Shown here one piece after another: positions 1 to 8,515 of a stretch of 51,905 nt of DNA (positions are counted from its first letter, which is position 1; each line of letters begins with the position of its first letter). The position numbers and the translations under genes were made by a program. The notes under the pieces are model-generated. The model was not told where the DNA came from. It did not search any database and worked only from the letters and a program-made list of their open reading frames with translations. Where the stretch lies: assembly GCA_019113065.1 (NCBI GenBank), contig DXIC01000072.1, forward strand, positions 1-51,905, read 5' to 3'. The stretch is from Candidatus Agathobaculum stercoravium. Its GTDB lineage: Bacteria; Bacillota; Clostridia; Oscillospirales; Butyricicoccaceae.

Positions 1-2
1 GG

Positions 3-602
3 GAGTGCGGCGCGGACGGCGGCCTGTCGGTTACCCCGTACTACAATAAGACCACCCAGCGCGGCCTGGTTGCCCACTATACTGCGATTGCAGACAGCTG
101 CGACCTGCCGATCATCCTGTACAACGTACCGAGCCGCACCGGCGTCTGCTTCACTGCGGACACCCTGTATGAGCTGTCCAAGCACCCGAATATCAACGGC
201 CTGAAGGCGGCCTCCGGCAATTTCAGCCTGCTGGCATCCGTTATGGCCAAGTGCGGCGACGAGCTCAACGTCTGGTCGGGCAACGACGACCAGATCGTCC
301 CGCTGATGGCGCTCGGCGGCAAGGGCGTTATTTCCGTCCTGTCCAACGTCGCCCCGCAGGAGACCCACGACCTGACCCAGCTTTGCTTTGAAAACCGTTA
401 TCCGGAAGCAGCAAAGATGCAGTTCCAGTACCATAACCTGATCGACGCGCTGTTCTGCGAAGTCAACCCGATCCCGGTCAAGAAGGCGATGGAGCTGCTC
501 GGCTGGGATGTCGGCCCGCTGCGCCTGCCGCTGGTCGAGCCGAGCGAGGAACATATCGCCCTGATCCGTCAGGAGCTTGCCGCCGCCGGCTGCAAGATTT
601 AA
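3..602 (+). CDS. dapA: 4-hydroxy-tetrahydrodipicolinate synthase (5'-truncated by window edge)
   Basis: Frame is open from position 3 with motifs VTPYYNK, ILYNVPSRTG, GLKAASG, SGND, GGKGVISV and NPIPVK; adjacent to dapB. Confidence 0.95.
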   Translation, partial: ECGADGGLSVTPYYNKTTQRGLVAHYTAIADSCDLPIILYNVPSRTGVCFTADTLYELSKHPNINGLKAASGNFSLLASVMAKCGDELNVWSGNDDQIVPLMALGGKGVISVLSNVAPQETHDLTQLCFENRYPEAAKMQFQYHNLIDALFCEVNPIPVKKAMELLGWDVGPLRLPLVEPSEEHIALIRQELAAAGCKI

Positions 603-633
603 TCAAGGCTTTTTTGAAGGAGTTTTGAAAAGG

Positions 634-1401
634 ATGTTGAAAATTGCACTTTCCGGCTGCAACGGCCGGATGGGACGCGTGATTGCGGATATTGTCAGCG
701 CGCGGGATAATATGCAGATTGTTGCCGGTTTTGACATCAACACTGCGAAAAACGGCAATTTCCCGGTCTTTGCAGACCCGTTTGAGTTTCAGGGCGGCTG
801 TGATGTGATCATTGATTTCTCCAATGCGTCCAGCACGGAGCATCTGCTCGCCTACTGCGAACAGCACCACACCCCGGTTGTGATCTGCACGACCGGCCAC
901 TCGGCGGAGCAGCTCGCAAAGATCCGCGAGGCTTCCACAAAGATTCCGGTTTTCCGTTCGGGCAACATGTCGATCGGCATCAATCTGATGACCGAACTGC
1001 TGCGCAAGTCGGCCGCTGTTCTGGGCGACAAGTATGATGTGGAAATCATTGAAAAGCACCATAACCAGAAGCTTGATGCGCCCTCCGGCACCGCACTCAT
1101 GCTGGCGGACGCGGTTGCAGAGGCCCTTCCCTACGATGCGGAATACGTGTATGACCGTCATGAGCGCCGTGAGAAGCGCCCCGCACACGAGATCGGCATT
1201 TCCGCTATCCGCGGCGGTACGATCGTCGGCGAGCACAGCGTGCTGTTCTGCGGCCGTGACGAGATCATTGAGATCAAGCATACCGCGCTTTCGCGTGAGG
1301 TGTTCGCAGTTGGCGCCGTTGATGCGGCGGAGTTCATGGCCGGCTGTACCCAGCCCGGCATCTATGACATGAACGACGTAATCGCATCCCGCGGCAAGTA
1401 A
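634..1401 (+). CDS. dapB: 4-hydroxy-tetrahydrodipicolinate reductase
   Basis: GCNGRMG nucleotide-binding motif, IDFS, CTTG and EKHHNQKLDAPSGTA signature; ATG at 634 after GAAGGAG. Confidence 0.97.
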   Translation: MLKIALSGCNGRMGRVIADIVSARDNMQIVAGFDINTAKNGNFPVFADPFEFQGGCDVIIDFSNASSTEHLLAYCEQHHTPVVICTTGHSAEQLAKIREASTKIPVFRSGNMSIGINLMTELLRKSAAVLGDKYDVEIIEKHHNQKLDAPSGTALMLADAVAEALPYDAEYVYDRHERREKRPAHEIGISAIRGGTIVGEHSVLFCGRDEIIEIKHTALSREVFAVGAVDAAEFMAGCTQPGIYDMNDVIASRGK

Positions 1402-1419
1402 ATTATCGAAATTCAACAA

Positions 1420-1457
1420 AGCGCCAAGCTGTTTTTCGGCAGTTTGGCGCTCTTTTT
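1420..1457 (+). terminator. Intrinsic terminator after dapB
   Basis: AGCGCCAAGCTG/CAGTTTGGCGCT stem followed by a T-run. Confidence 0.8.
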
Positions 1458-1471
1458 ATGCTGTTTGTAAC

Positions 1472-1500
1472 TTGCATTTCAATTTCTTCAATTGTAGAAT
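1472..1500 (+). promoter_or_regulatory. Sigma-A-type promoter for the SLH gene
   Basis: TTGCAT-17 bp-TAGAAT upstream of an AAGGAGG RBS. Confidence 0.6.
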
Positions 1501-1525
1501 AATAGTAATAAAGGAGGTGTGGAAA

Positions 1526-3223
1526 TTGAGAAACAGCATCAAACGCCTGATCGGCGCAGCCCTCGTTGCGTCCCTCTGTTCCCCCGTGTCACTGGCTGTT
1601 GATTTTACGACCGTGCGGGTGGACAACGTGGATGAATTCGGCGCATTGTCCAAGCGGCTGCGCTATGCGGACGACAAAACACCCATCCCACTGTCCGGCT
1701 ATTCCTGGGACGGAAGCGTTTTTGCCACAATCCCGGCGGCAAATGCGGACCGCCCGGTGGAGGTGTTCAGTACCTCGGATTATCAGCCGCCTTCATCCGA
1801 TGAAAGCGACTGGTATAGTGTTCTGGATCTGGCTGCCTGCGGCGTATTGACAGGAGATTCGGATGGTAAATTCCATCCATATCGCACGGTCACGCGTGCA
1901 GAAGCCACTGCCATGCTGGTGCGCACGCTCGGGGTAGCGCAGGCCGACGGCGCGGACAGCGGTTATACCGATGTCCCGGCTTCTGCCTGGTATGCCTCTG
2001 TGGTACAGACCGCGCAGGAATGCGGCATTGTATCCCCGGATACGCTGTTCCGGCCGGAGGCGCTGGTAACCCGGGAGGAGTTTATTGTGATGGCAGCGCG
2101 TGCCATGTCCTGCGCAGGGCTGCTGGATCTGGAAAAGCCGGCGCCGGCTCCGCTGAAGCTGGAGGACGCTGATGCGATCTCCGCATGGGCGAAAACCGCC
2201 TATGACAGCTTTGGTTCGCTGCTCCCAGCGACCATACTGACGGAAGGACAGGCCCCCGGGGCTGACGATCCCACCTATTTATCCCCGTATTTCTATTATG
2301 CCGAACCCCAAAAACATGCAACCCGGCTGCAAGCTGCCGATCTGATCGCGGCCTGCATCCGCTCGCTGCCGGTCTATCCAACGGCGGCTGCACGCGAAGC
2401 GGGGCTTGATGCGCAAATGCCCAGCATTGACGGCTCAACTTCCACCCTGCCGATCACGCAGGCGGTTTATAACGCGCTGTTCACCAATGGGGAGCGCCAT
2501 CCGGCTAACCCGGTGACGCACAGCAAGAGCCACGCCTCTTACGAGCGGCTCATCAACGGTGAAGTCGACATGCTGTTTGCCTCGGTCTATCCGGCGAGCG
2601 ATATCCTCGCACTTGCCGAGGAAAAGGGGGTTACGCTTGAACTTATCCCGATCGCACACGATGCGATGGTGTTTTTCACCAACAAGGACAATCCTGCAAC
2701 CAGGCTGACCTCGGAGCAGATCAGCAATATCTACGTCGATAATGCATATGGAAATTGGAACCAGATTGGCGGGCCGGACGCGCTGCTCTACCCTTACTGC
2801 CGCAACAACGACAGCGGCAGCCATGCGCAGATGGAGCGGCACTTCCTGCACGGCGCAGAGATCAATGAGACCATCCGCGAGGAAACGACCTCCTATGCCA
2901 TGCAGAGCATCCTGACTGACGTCATCAATGCACAGACCAGCGATCCGGCCGGCTATGCGCTGGGATACAGCATTTATTACTATTTCCGGAACACCAACAT
3001 GGTACTCGGCACAGCCGATCGCCTTAAGCTGCTCGAGATCGACGGCGTCGCGCCGACGGACGAGACCATAGCAGATGGCAGCTATCCCTTATCGAACAAC
3101 ACCTATATCGTGCTGCGCAAGGACACGCCGGAGGATGCGCCCGCACGCCGTCTTGCCGCTTTTATGCTAACCGAGGCCGGACAGCGCTGTGTGGAAAACG
3201 CCGGATACGGTGCGCTGCAATAA
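1526..3223 (+). CDS. Secreted SLH-domain protein with a C-terminal PstS-like substrate-binding domain
   Basis: TTG start after AAGGAGG; signal peptide; SLH-like repeats (FHPYRTVTRAEA, TDVPASAWY...FRPEALVTREE); C-terminal IDGSTST, AHDAMVF, RNNDSGS and GSYPL motifs typical of the PstS/PBP_like family. Confidence 0.8.
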   Translation: MRNSIKRLIGAALVASLCSPVSLAVDFTTVRVDNVDEFGALSKRLRYADDKTPIPLSGYSWDGSVFATIPAANADRPVEVFSTSDYQPPSSDESDWYSVLDLAACGVLTGDSDGKFHPYRTVTRAEATAMLVRTLGVAQADGADSGYTDVPASAWYASVVQTAQECGIVSPDTLFRPEALVTREEFIVMAARAMSCAGLLDLEKPAPAPLKLEDADAISAWAKTAYDSFGSLLPATILTEGQAPGADDPTYLSPYFYYAEPQKHATRLQAADLIAACIRSLPVYPTAAAREAGLDAQMPSIDGSTSTLPITQAVYNALFTNGERHPANPVTHSKSHASYERLINGEVDMLFASVYPASDILALAEEKGVTLELIPIAHDAMVFFTNKDNPATRLTSEQISNIYVDNAYGNWNQIGGPDALLYPYCRNNDSGSHAQMERHFLHGAEINETIREETTSYAMQSILTDVINAQTSDPAGYALGYSIYYYFRNTNMVLGTADRLKLLEIDGVAPTDETIADGSYPLSNNTYIVLRKDTPEDAPARRLAAFMLTEAGQRCVENAGYGALQ

Positions 3224-3227
3224 ACGG

Positions 3228-3255
3228 AAAGAGGAAGCCTATGCTTCCTCTTTTT
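3228..3255. terminator. Terminator hairpin between the convergent SLH and recombinase genes
   Basis: AAAGAGGAAGC-ctat-GCTTCCTCTTT followed by more T's; overlaps the recombinase stop codon. Confidence 0.75.
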
Positions 3256-4279
3256 CTTTCTTATCAGATGTATGTGGCTTGACCGATGCCAACGGGTTTT
3301 TGGCTGCGGCCTCGCGCAGGCTGCTGTCCTCTATATGGGTGTAGATCATAGTCGTGTTTACGCTGGTATGGCCCAGAATGTTTTGCAGCGTACGGATGTC
3401 CACACCGTTCTGATACATCAGTGTCGCCGCAGTGTGGCGCAGCTTGTGGGCAGAGTATTTCTGCGTATCCAATCCCGCCTGCCCGATGTATTTTTTGACC
3501 AGCCACTTGACCGTCTGCACGTTAATGCGATTGCGGTTCCGGCTGACGAACAATGCGTTTTTATCCTTGTCATGCGGGGTCAGCCGTTTGGGCAGGTATG
3601 CCTCTAATGCGAGGCGGCACGCGTCGTTAAGATATACGGTGCGTTCCTTGTTCCCTTTGCCGAGCACGCGCACCGTATCCCCCTGAAAGTCCGACAGGTT
3701 CAGCCCTACCAACTCGGAAACACGCAGGCCGCAGTTGAGGAACAGTGTCAGGATGCAGTAATCCCTCTCCGCATACTCCCCCTGCACGGATTCGAGCAGG
3801 CGCACACTGTCATCTGTCGTCAAATAGACCGGCAGCGACTTGCGGATGGTAGGCGACTCCAGATTGCTGACCGGATTGACCTCGAGCACATGCTTTTTAT
3901 CGGTCAGATACCGGAAAAACGCACGGATTGCGGATACCTTGCGCGCGCGTGAGGTGCTGTTCAGCCCGTAATCGGTCGCAGTGCTGTTCTGCTGGGTCGG
4001 CCGCTCGCCGGACATGTATTCCAGATAGTCATAGGCATCAGACAGGGTGATCTCCCGCAGAAAGCCGACATCAATATCATTGATTGGTATCTGGTCGATC
4101 GGCGTCTCTTTTGGCACGAGCCGCTTGTTATGCTTGACCACCCGGAAGAACAGACGCAGGTCAAGATAATATTCATGTGCGGTTTTCGCAGATTTGCCTT
4201 GTATCGTTGAGATATAGGTGAGGAAATCGCGCAGCACGCGCGGCGCGTCCGCAGCGTATTCCGACATGGGTTTATCCAT
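3239..4279 (-). CDS. xerC: Tyrosine recombinase, XerC/XerD family
   Basis: Catalytic residues in GLRVSEL, GKGNKER, HKLRH and LGH...TTMIY; strong AAGGAGG RBS. Orthology to a true XerC is not established. Confidence 0.85.
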   Translation of the reverse strand: MDKPMSEYAADAPRVLRDFLTYISTIQGKSAKTAHEYYLDLRLFFRVVKHNKRLVPKETPIDQIPINDIDVGFLREITLSDAYDYLEYMSGERPTQQNSTATDYGLNSTSRARKVSAIRAFFRYLTDKKHVLEVNPVSNLESPTIRKSLPVYLTTDDSVRLLESVQGEYAERDYCILTLFLNCGLRVSELVGLNLSDFQGDTVRVLGKGNKERTVYLNDACRLALEAYLPKRLTPHDKDKNALFVSRNRNRINVQTVKWLVKKYIGQAGLDTQKYSAHKLRHTAATLMYQNGVDIRTLQNILGHTSVNTTMIYTHIEDSSLREAAAKNPLASVKPHTSDKKEKEEA

Positions 4280-4307
4280 TGCACGACCTCCTTTTGCACT
4301 GACTCAT

Positions 4308-4336
4308 ATTATACCGCTTCGCCGCTTTTTCGTCAA
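4308..4336 (-). promoter_or_regulatory. Sigma-A promoter of the recombinase gene
   Basis: TTGACG-17 bp-TATAAT on the minus strand. Confidence 0.8.
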
Positions 4337-4338
4337 AC

Positions 4339-4367
4339 TTGCAATTTCTGCCTGTGCGGCGTATAAT
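4339..4367 (+). promoter_or_regulatory. Sigma-A promoter of the macrodomain-WYL operon
   Basis: TTGCAA (4339-4344)-17 bp-TATAAT (4362-4367). Confidence 0.8.
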
Positions 4368-4402
4368 AAGTCCAATAAATTACCCGGAAAGAAGGGCTAT
4401 CG

Positions 4403-4927
4403 ATGGAACGACTGAAAATCATACAGGGGGACATCACCAGATGTGAAACCGATGCGATTGTCAACGCGGCGAACACCACCCTGCTGGGCGGCGGCGGTGT
4501 AGACGGTGCGATCCACCGCGCGGCCGGGCCGGAGCTGCTCGCGGAATGCCGCACGCTCGGCGGCTGCAAAACCGGCGAAGCCAAGGCAACCCGCGCCTAC
4601 CGCCTTCCCTGCCGTTATGTCATCCATACACCCGGCCCGATCTGGCGCGGCGGGAAAGCAAAAGAGGACGAACTGCTTGCCAGCTGCTACCGGAACTGCC
4701 TGACCATTGCATCCGAACTGGGGTGCAAAACCGTTGCATTTCCTTCAATCAGCACCGGCGTGTATCATTTCCCGGTCGACCGCGCTGCGCGCATCGCCAT
4801 CGGTACGATCCTGCAATACCTTGCCGCGCACGAGGAGATCGAATGCGTGACTATGGTTTGCTTTGACTGCACGACCCTTGCCGCCTATCAGCAGGCGCTC
4901 TCGGAAACGGAGCATGCCAATGGCTAA
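4403..4927 (+). CDS. Macrodomain protein (MacroD-type O-acetyl-ADP-ribose deacetylase / ADP-ribosyl hydrolase)
   Basis: GDIT, DAIVNAAN, GGGGVDGAIH, VIHTPGP and FPSISTGVY motifs. Confidence 0.95.
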   Translation: MERLKIIQGDITRCETDAIVNAANTTLLGGGGVDGAIHRAAGPELLAECRTLGGCKTGEAKATRAYRLPCRYVIHTPGPIWRGGKAKEDELLASCYRNCLTIASELGCKTVAFPSISTGVYHFPVDRAARIAIGTILQYLAAHEEIECVTMVCFDCTTLAAYQQALSETEHANG

Positions 4928-5918
4928 AAACCCGTACCAGAAGCTCAAGCTGCTGTATCTCCATCAGATCCTGCTGCAAAAGACCGACGAAGAGCACAAA
5001 CTCAGCATGGATGAGCTGCTGGCTGCGCTCGCCCGCCATGGCATTGAAGCGGAGCGCAAAAGCATCTATTCGGACATTGCAGCATTGCAGGATTTCGGGC
5101 TGGACGTGGTGTTGCAGCGCGGCCCGGGCGGCGGCTACTATGTTGCTTCACGCGAGTTTGAGCTGCCTGAGCTCAAATTGCTGGTGGATGCAATCCAGTG
5201 TTCGCGTTTCATCACGGAGAAAAAATCGAATGAGCTGATCAAAAAGATCGAATCGCTTGCCAGCGAGCCGCAGGCGCATGCTTTGCAGCGGCAGGTTTAT
5301 GTTTCCGACCGTGTCAAAACCATAAACGAAAGCATTTATTACAACATCGACACACTGCACAACGCGATTTCAGAAGGCGTACAGATCACCTTCCAGTATT
5401 TCGAGTGGGCGCTCGATTTTTCCAGCCCGGAGCGTATCCAAAAACGCTACCGCAAGGACGGCGCACTGTATCAGGTCAGCCCATGGGCGCTGACCTGGGA
5501 TGATGAAAACTACTATATGATCGCCTATGACAGTGCATCCGCTTCCATCCGCCACTACCGCGTAGACAAGATGGAGCACATTTTGCTGACCGGCCAAAAA
5601 CGCGAGGGGCAGCGCCTGTTCCAGAACCAGTTCAACCTTGCTTCCTATTCGCGCAAGGTGTTTGGTATGTTTTCCGGCGATGAAAAAAACGTGCGATTGC
5701 AGTGCGAAAACCGCTTTATCGGTGTTATCCGCGACCGGTTTGGTGCAGACCTGATGGTGCAGAAGCTGGACGAGGAACACTTTGCCGTAAATGTAACCGT
5801 TGCTGTCAGCCCGCAGTTTTTCTCCTGGGTGTTCGGACTTGGCGGCGCGGTGCAGATCATCGCGCCTGCCGAAGTGCGTGCGGCTTTCCAGCAGCAGCTT
5901 CGAAACACGCTGGAGTAA
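4920..5918 (+). CDS. WYL-domain transcriptional regulator (wHTH-WYL-WCX)
   Basis: N-terminal HTH (ERKSIYSDIAAL) and WYL core VSPWALTWDDENYYMIAY...HYRVDKM; ATG at 4920 after GGAG overlaps the macro gene end by 8 nt. Confidence 0.9.
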   Translation: MAKNPYQKLKLLYLHQILLQKTDEEHKLSMDELLAALARHGIEAERKSIYSDIAALQDFGLDVVLQRGPGGGYYVASREFELPELKLLVDAIQCSRFITEKKSNELIKKIESLASEPQAHALQRQVYVSDRVKTINESIYYNIDTLHNAISEGVQITFQYFEWALDFSSPERIQKRYRKDGALYQVSPWALTWDDENYYMIAYDSASASIRHYRVDKMEHILLTGQKREGQRLFQNQFNLASYSRKVFGMFSGDEKNVRLQCENRFIGVIRDRFGADLMVQKLDEEHFAVNVTVAVSPQFFSWVFGLGGAVQIIAPAEVRAAFQQQLRNTLE

Positions 5919-5951
5919 GTCCGTATTATTGGACTCTTTTCTTGGTACAAT
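5918..5951 (+). promoter_or_regulatory. Palindrome AGTCC-N8-GGACT and extended -10 (TGgTACAAT) upstream of the small ORF
   Basis: Dyad at 5918-5935 and TACAAT at 5946-5951, with no canonical -35 at 17 bp. It could alternatively act as a weak terminator. Confidence 0.45.
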
Positions 5952-5981
5952 AGGTACAACAAAAAGAAAGGAGAACCGAAT

Positions 5982-6098
5982 ATGGGCTACTCGATCGAAT
6001 ATGTAAACGGACACATTGAGGTATATGACGAAAACGGCGCGTTTCTGTTTTCCGCTGACAACAAGCAGGAAGCGCTTGCGGAACTCGCCGCCGCCTGA
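5982..6098 (+). CDS. 38-aa small protein MGYSIEYVNGHIEVYDENGAFLFSADNKQEALAELAAA (not in the ORF track)
   Basis: AAAGGAG RBS 8 nt before the ATG, a -10 upstream and a terminator immediately downstream; fills the intergenic gap exactly. Confidence 0.75.
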   Translation: MGYSIEYVNGHIEVYDENGAFLFSADNKQEALAELAAA

Positions 6099-6108
6099 AA
6101 CCGATACA

Positions 6109-6138
6109 AAAATCCCGCAGAAATCTCTGCGGGATTTT
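6109..6138. terminator. Bidirectional terminator (small ORF / metH)
   Basis: AAAATCCCGCAG-aaatct-CTGCGGGATTTT perfect 12-bp stem. Confidence 0.85.
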
Positions 6139-6141
6139 GCT

Positions 6142-8511
6142 TTATCCGAAAACGGAATCTGCGTAATGCACGGTTGCCATTGCGTCACGCGCATAGCAGT
6201 CCGCGCCGATCGAATCCGCGTATTCCTGCGTCAGCACCGCTCCGCCGACCACAATTTTGATATCCGGCTTTTTTTCGCGCAGCAGGCGGATGGTCTGCTC
6301 CATGCTGACGACTGTGGTCGTCATCAGCGCGCTCAGGCCGACAAGCGGAACCTGCTCTTTGACCGCAGTCTCTGCAATCGTCTCGGGTGCTACGTCCTTG
6401 CCCAGGTCAAGCACCTGGTATCCGTAATTTTCCAGCAGCACCTTGACGATGTTCTTGCCGATGTCGTGGATATCGCCCTTGACCGTGGCAAGGATGATCC
6501 TGCCGCGTGTCTCCTGCGGCGCGCCGCGCATCGCGTCCTTGACGACCTCGAACGCTGCCTTTGCAGCTTCCGCGCTCATCAGCAGCTGCGGCAGGAACAC
6601 CGTGCCCGCTTCAAAGCCCTTGCCCACGCGGTCGAGCGCCGGGATCAGCTCGGTGTTGACCAGCTCGAGCGGCGGCATGGTTTGGAGCGCTGCTTTGGCA
6701 GCTTGCGCCGCGCGCTCGCGCAGGCCGCGCTCGATGCACTCTGCCAGGGGCATGGTGCTGTCAGCCGTCACAGGCTGCGCCGCAGCCGCCGGCTGGTTGC
6801 CGTATGCCGCGATATAGCCTGCACACTGTTCGTCCTGATCTGTCAGCGCAAGAAATGCGCGATAAGACCGCATCATTGCGTCCGCATTGGGATTGATGAT
6901 TGCACAGGATAAGCCGTTCTGCAAAGCCATGGTGAAGAAATTCGCGTTAATGATCTCACGCTGCGGCAGGCCGAACGAAATGTTGGACACACCGAGGATG
7001 GTATGCCCGCCCAGTTCGTCGCGCACGCGGCGCAGGGTTTCGAGTGTTACCAGTGCGGAACGGCTGTCAGACGAAATCGTCATGGCCAGCCCGTCGATCA
7101 CAATATCCTCGCACGCAATGCCGTAGCGTTCTGCGGTGTCATAGATCTTTTTCGCAATCTGCACACGGCCTTCCGCAGTATCCGGGATGCCGTTTTCGTC
7201 CAGCGTCAGGCCAACGACCACGCCGCCATATTTTTTCACCAGCGGGAACACTGCTTCCATGCTCTCCTGCTTGCCGTTTACCGAGTTGATCATCGGTTTG
7301 CCGTTATACAGACGCATGCCGCGTTCCATTGCTTCCGTATTGGAGGTATCGATCTGGAGCGGCAGCGCAAGCACGCTTTGCAACCGCGTGACGACCTGCG
7401 CCATCATCGCAGGCTCGTCGATTTCGGGCAGGCCGACGTTGACGTCCAAGATATGTGCGCCGCTGTCCTCCTGTGCCAGCCCCTCGGACAGGATATATTC
7501 GATGTTCCCTTCACGCAGGGCAGCTTTAAACTTGCTTTTGCCGGTCGGGTTGATGCGCTCGCCGATAATAACCGGCTTTTCTCCGATTTCCACCGCCTGC
7601 GAAAAAGACGAAACCACCGTGCGGTGCTTTTTCTCCATCGGCACAAAAGGCTTGCCCTTACACAACGCAACTGTTTTGCGGATATGCGCAGGCGTTGTGC
7701 CGCAGCAGCCGCCGAGCACCTGCACACCGAGATCCGCAATCTCCTCCATGAGGGAGGCAAATTCGTCTGCGCCGATGTCGTAAACAGTCCTGCCGTTTTC
7801 GCTGCGCGGCAGGCCGGCGTTCGGGTTGGCAATGACCGGCAGTGAGCTGACCTCGGTCAGCCGTTTGACGATCGGCAGCATCTGCTGCGGGCCAAGGCCG
7901 CAGTTGACGCCAAGCGCATCCGCGCCCAACCCCTCCAGCAGCGCGACAACCGAATCGACCGTGCCGCCGGTCAGCAGTTTGCCCTTTTCGTCAAAGATCA
8001 CGGTCGCAAGCACGGGCAGGTCGCAGTTTTCCTTTGCCGCCAGCACCGCGGCTTTGAGCTCATAGCTGTCGCTCATGGTCTCGATCAGTACAAGGTCTGC
8101 GCCTGCCGCCGCACCGATGCGCACCACCTCGCCGAACAATGCAACCGCCTGCTCAAACGGCAGGTCGCCCATGGGCTGGAGCAGCCTGCCGGTCGGGCCG
8201 ATGTCGAGCGCAATATACGCGTCTTCCCTGCCCGACTGCCGCCGCGCTTCTTTGGCATGCGCCACCGCTGACTCGACGATCTCGCGCAGGTTGTCCGGAT
8301 ATTTGAGCGCATTTGCGCCGAACGTGTTGGTATTGATAATGTCGCTGCCCGCATCCAGATAGGCGCGGTGTATGGACAGGATTTCATCCGGGTGGGTGAT
8401 ATTCCATGTTTCGGGCAGTTCCCCCGCGGCAAGGCCATGCTCCTGCAATATTGTACCGATGCCGCCGTCGAAAAACAGCCATTCCTTCCCCAGTCGTTCG
8501 ATGAATTTCAT
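6142..8511 (-). CDS. metH: Cobalamin-dependent methionine synthase, catalytic part (homocysteine-, pterin- and B12-binding domains; no reactivation domain)
   Basis: DGGIGT, GVNC, GGCCGT (Zn ligands), GERINPTGK and DIHDIGKNIV (B12 motif); ATG at 8511 after AGGAG. Confidence 0.92.
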   Translation of the reverse strand: MKFIERLGKEWLFFDGGIGTILQEHGLAAGELPETWNITHPDEILSIHRAYLDAGSDIINTNTFGANALKYPDNLREIVESAVAHAKEARRQSGREDAYIALDIGPTGRLLQPMGDLPFEQAVALFGEVVRIGAAAGADLVLIETMSDSYELKAAVLAAKENCDLPVLATVIFDEKGKLLTGGTVDSVVALLEGLGADALGVNCGLGPQQMLPIVKRLTEVSSLPVIANPNAGLPRSENGRTVYDIGADEFASLMEEIADLGVQVLGGCCGTTPAHIRKTVALCKGKPFVPMEKKHRTVVSSFSQAVEIGEKPVIIGERINPTGKSKFKAALREGNIEYILSEGLAQEDSGAHILDVNVGLPEIDEPAMMAQVVTRLQSVLALPLQIDTSNTEAMERGMRLYNGKPMINSVNGKQESMEAVFPLVKKYGGVVVGLTLDENGIPDTAEGRVQIAKKIYDTAERYGIACEDIVIDGLAMTISSDSRSALVTLETLRRVRDELGGHTILGVSNISFGLPQREIINANFFTMALQNGLSCAIINPNADAMMRSYRAFLALTDQDEQCAGYIAAYGNQPAAAAQPVTADSTMPLAECIERGLRERAAQAAKAALQTMPPLELVNTELIPALDRVGKGFEAGTVFLPQLLMSAEAAKAAFEVVKDAMRGAPQETRGRIILATVKGDIHDIGKNIVKVLLENYGYQVLDLGKDVAPETIAETAVKEQVPLVGLSALMTTTVVSMEQTIRLLREKKPDIKIVVGGAVLTQEYADSIGADCYARDAMATVHYADSVFG

Positions 8512-8515
8512 TTGC

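Noticed and set aside
1478-1493. TTCAATT direct repeat in the SLH-PstS promoter as a Pho box
   Set aside because: It does not match the TT(A/T/C)ACA repeat consensus or its ~11-bp period, and is probably AT-rich spacer sequence.
3239-6138. Recombinase-macro-WYL block as an integrated mobile or defence island
   Set aside because: I saw no flanking att-like repeats, tRNA target, obvious compositional shift or known defence effector; the recombinase looks like a chromosomal Xer-type enzyme.
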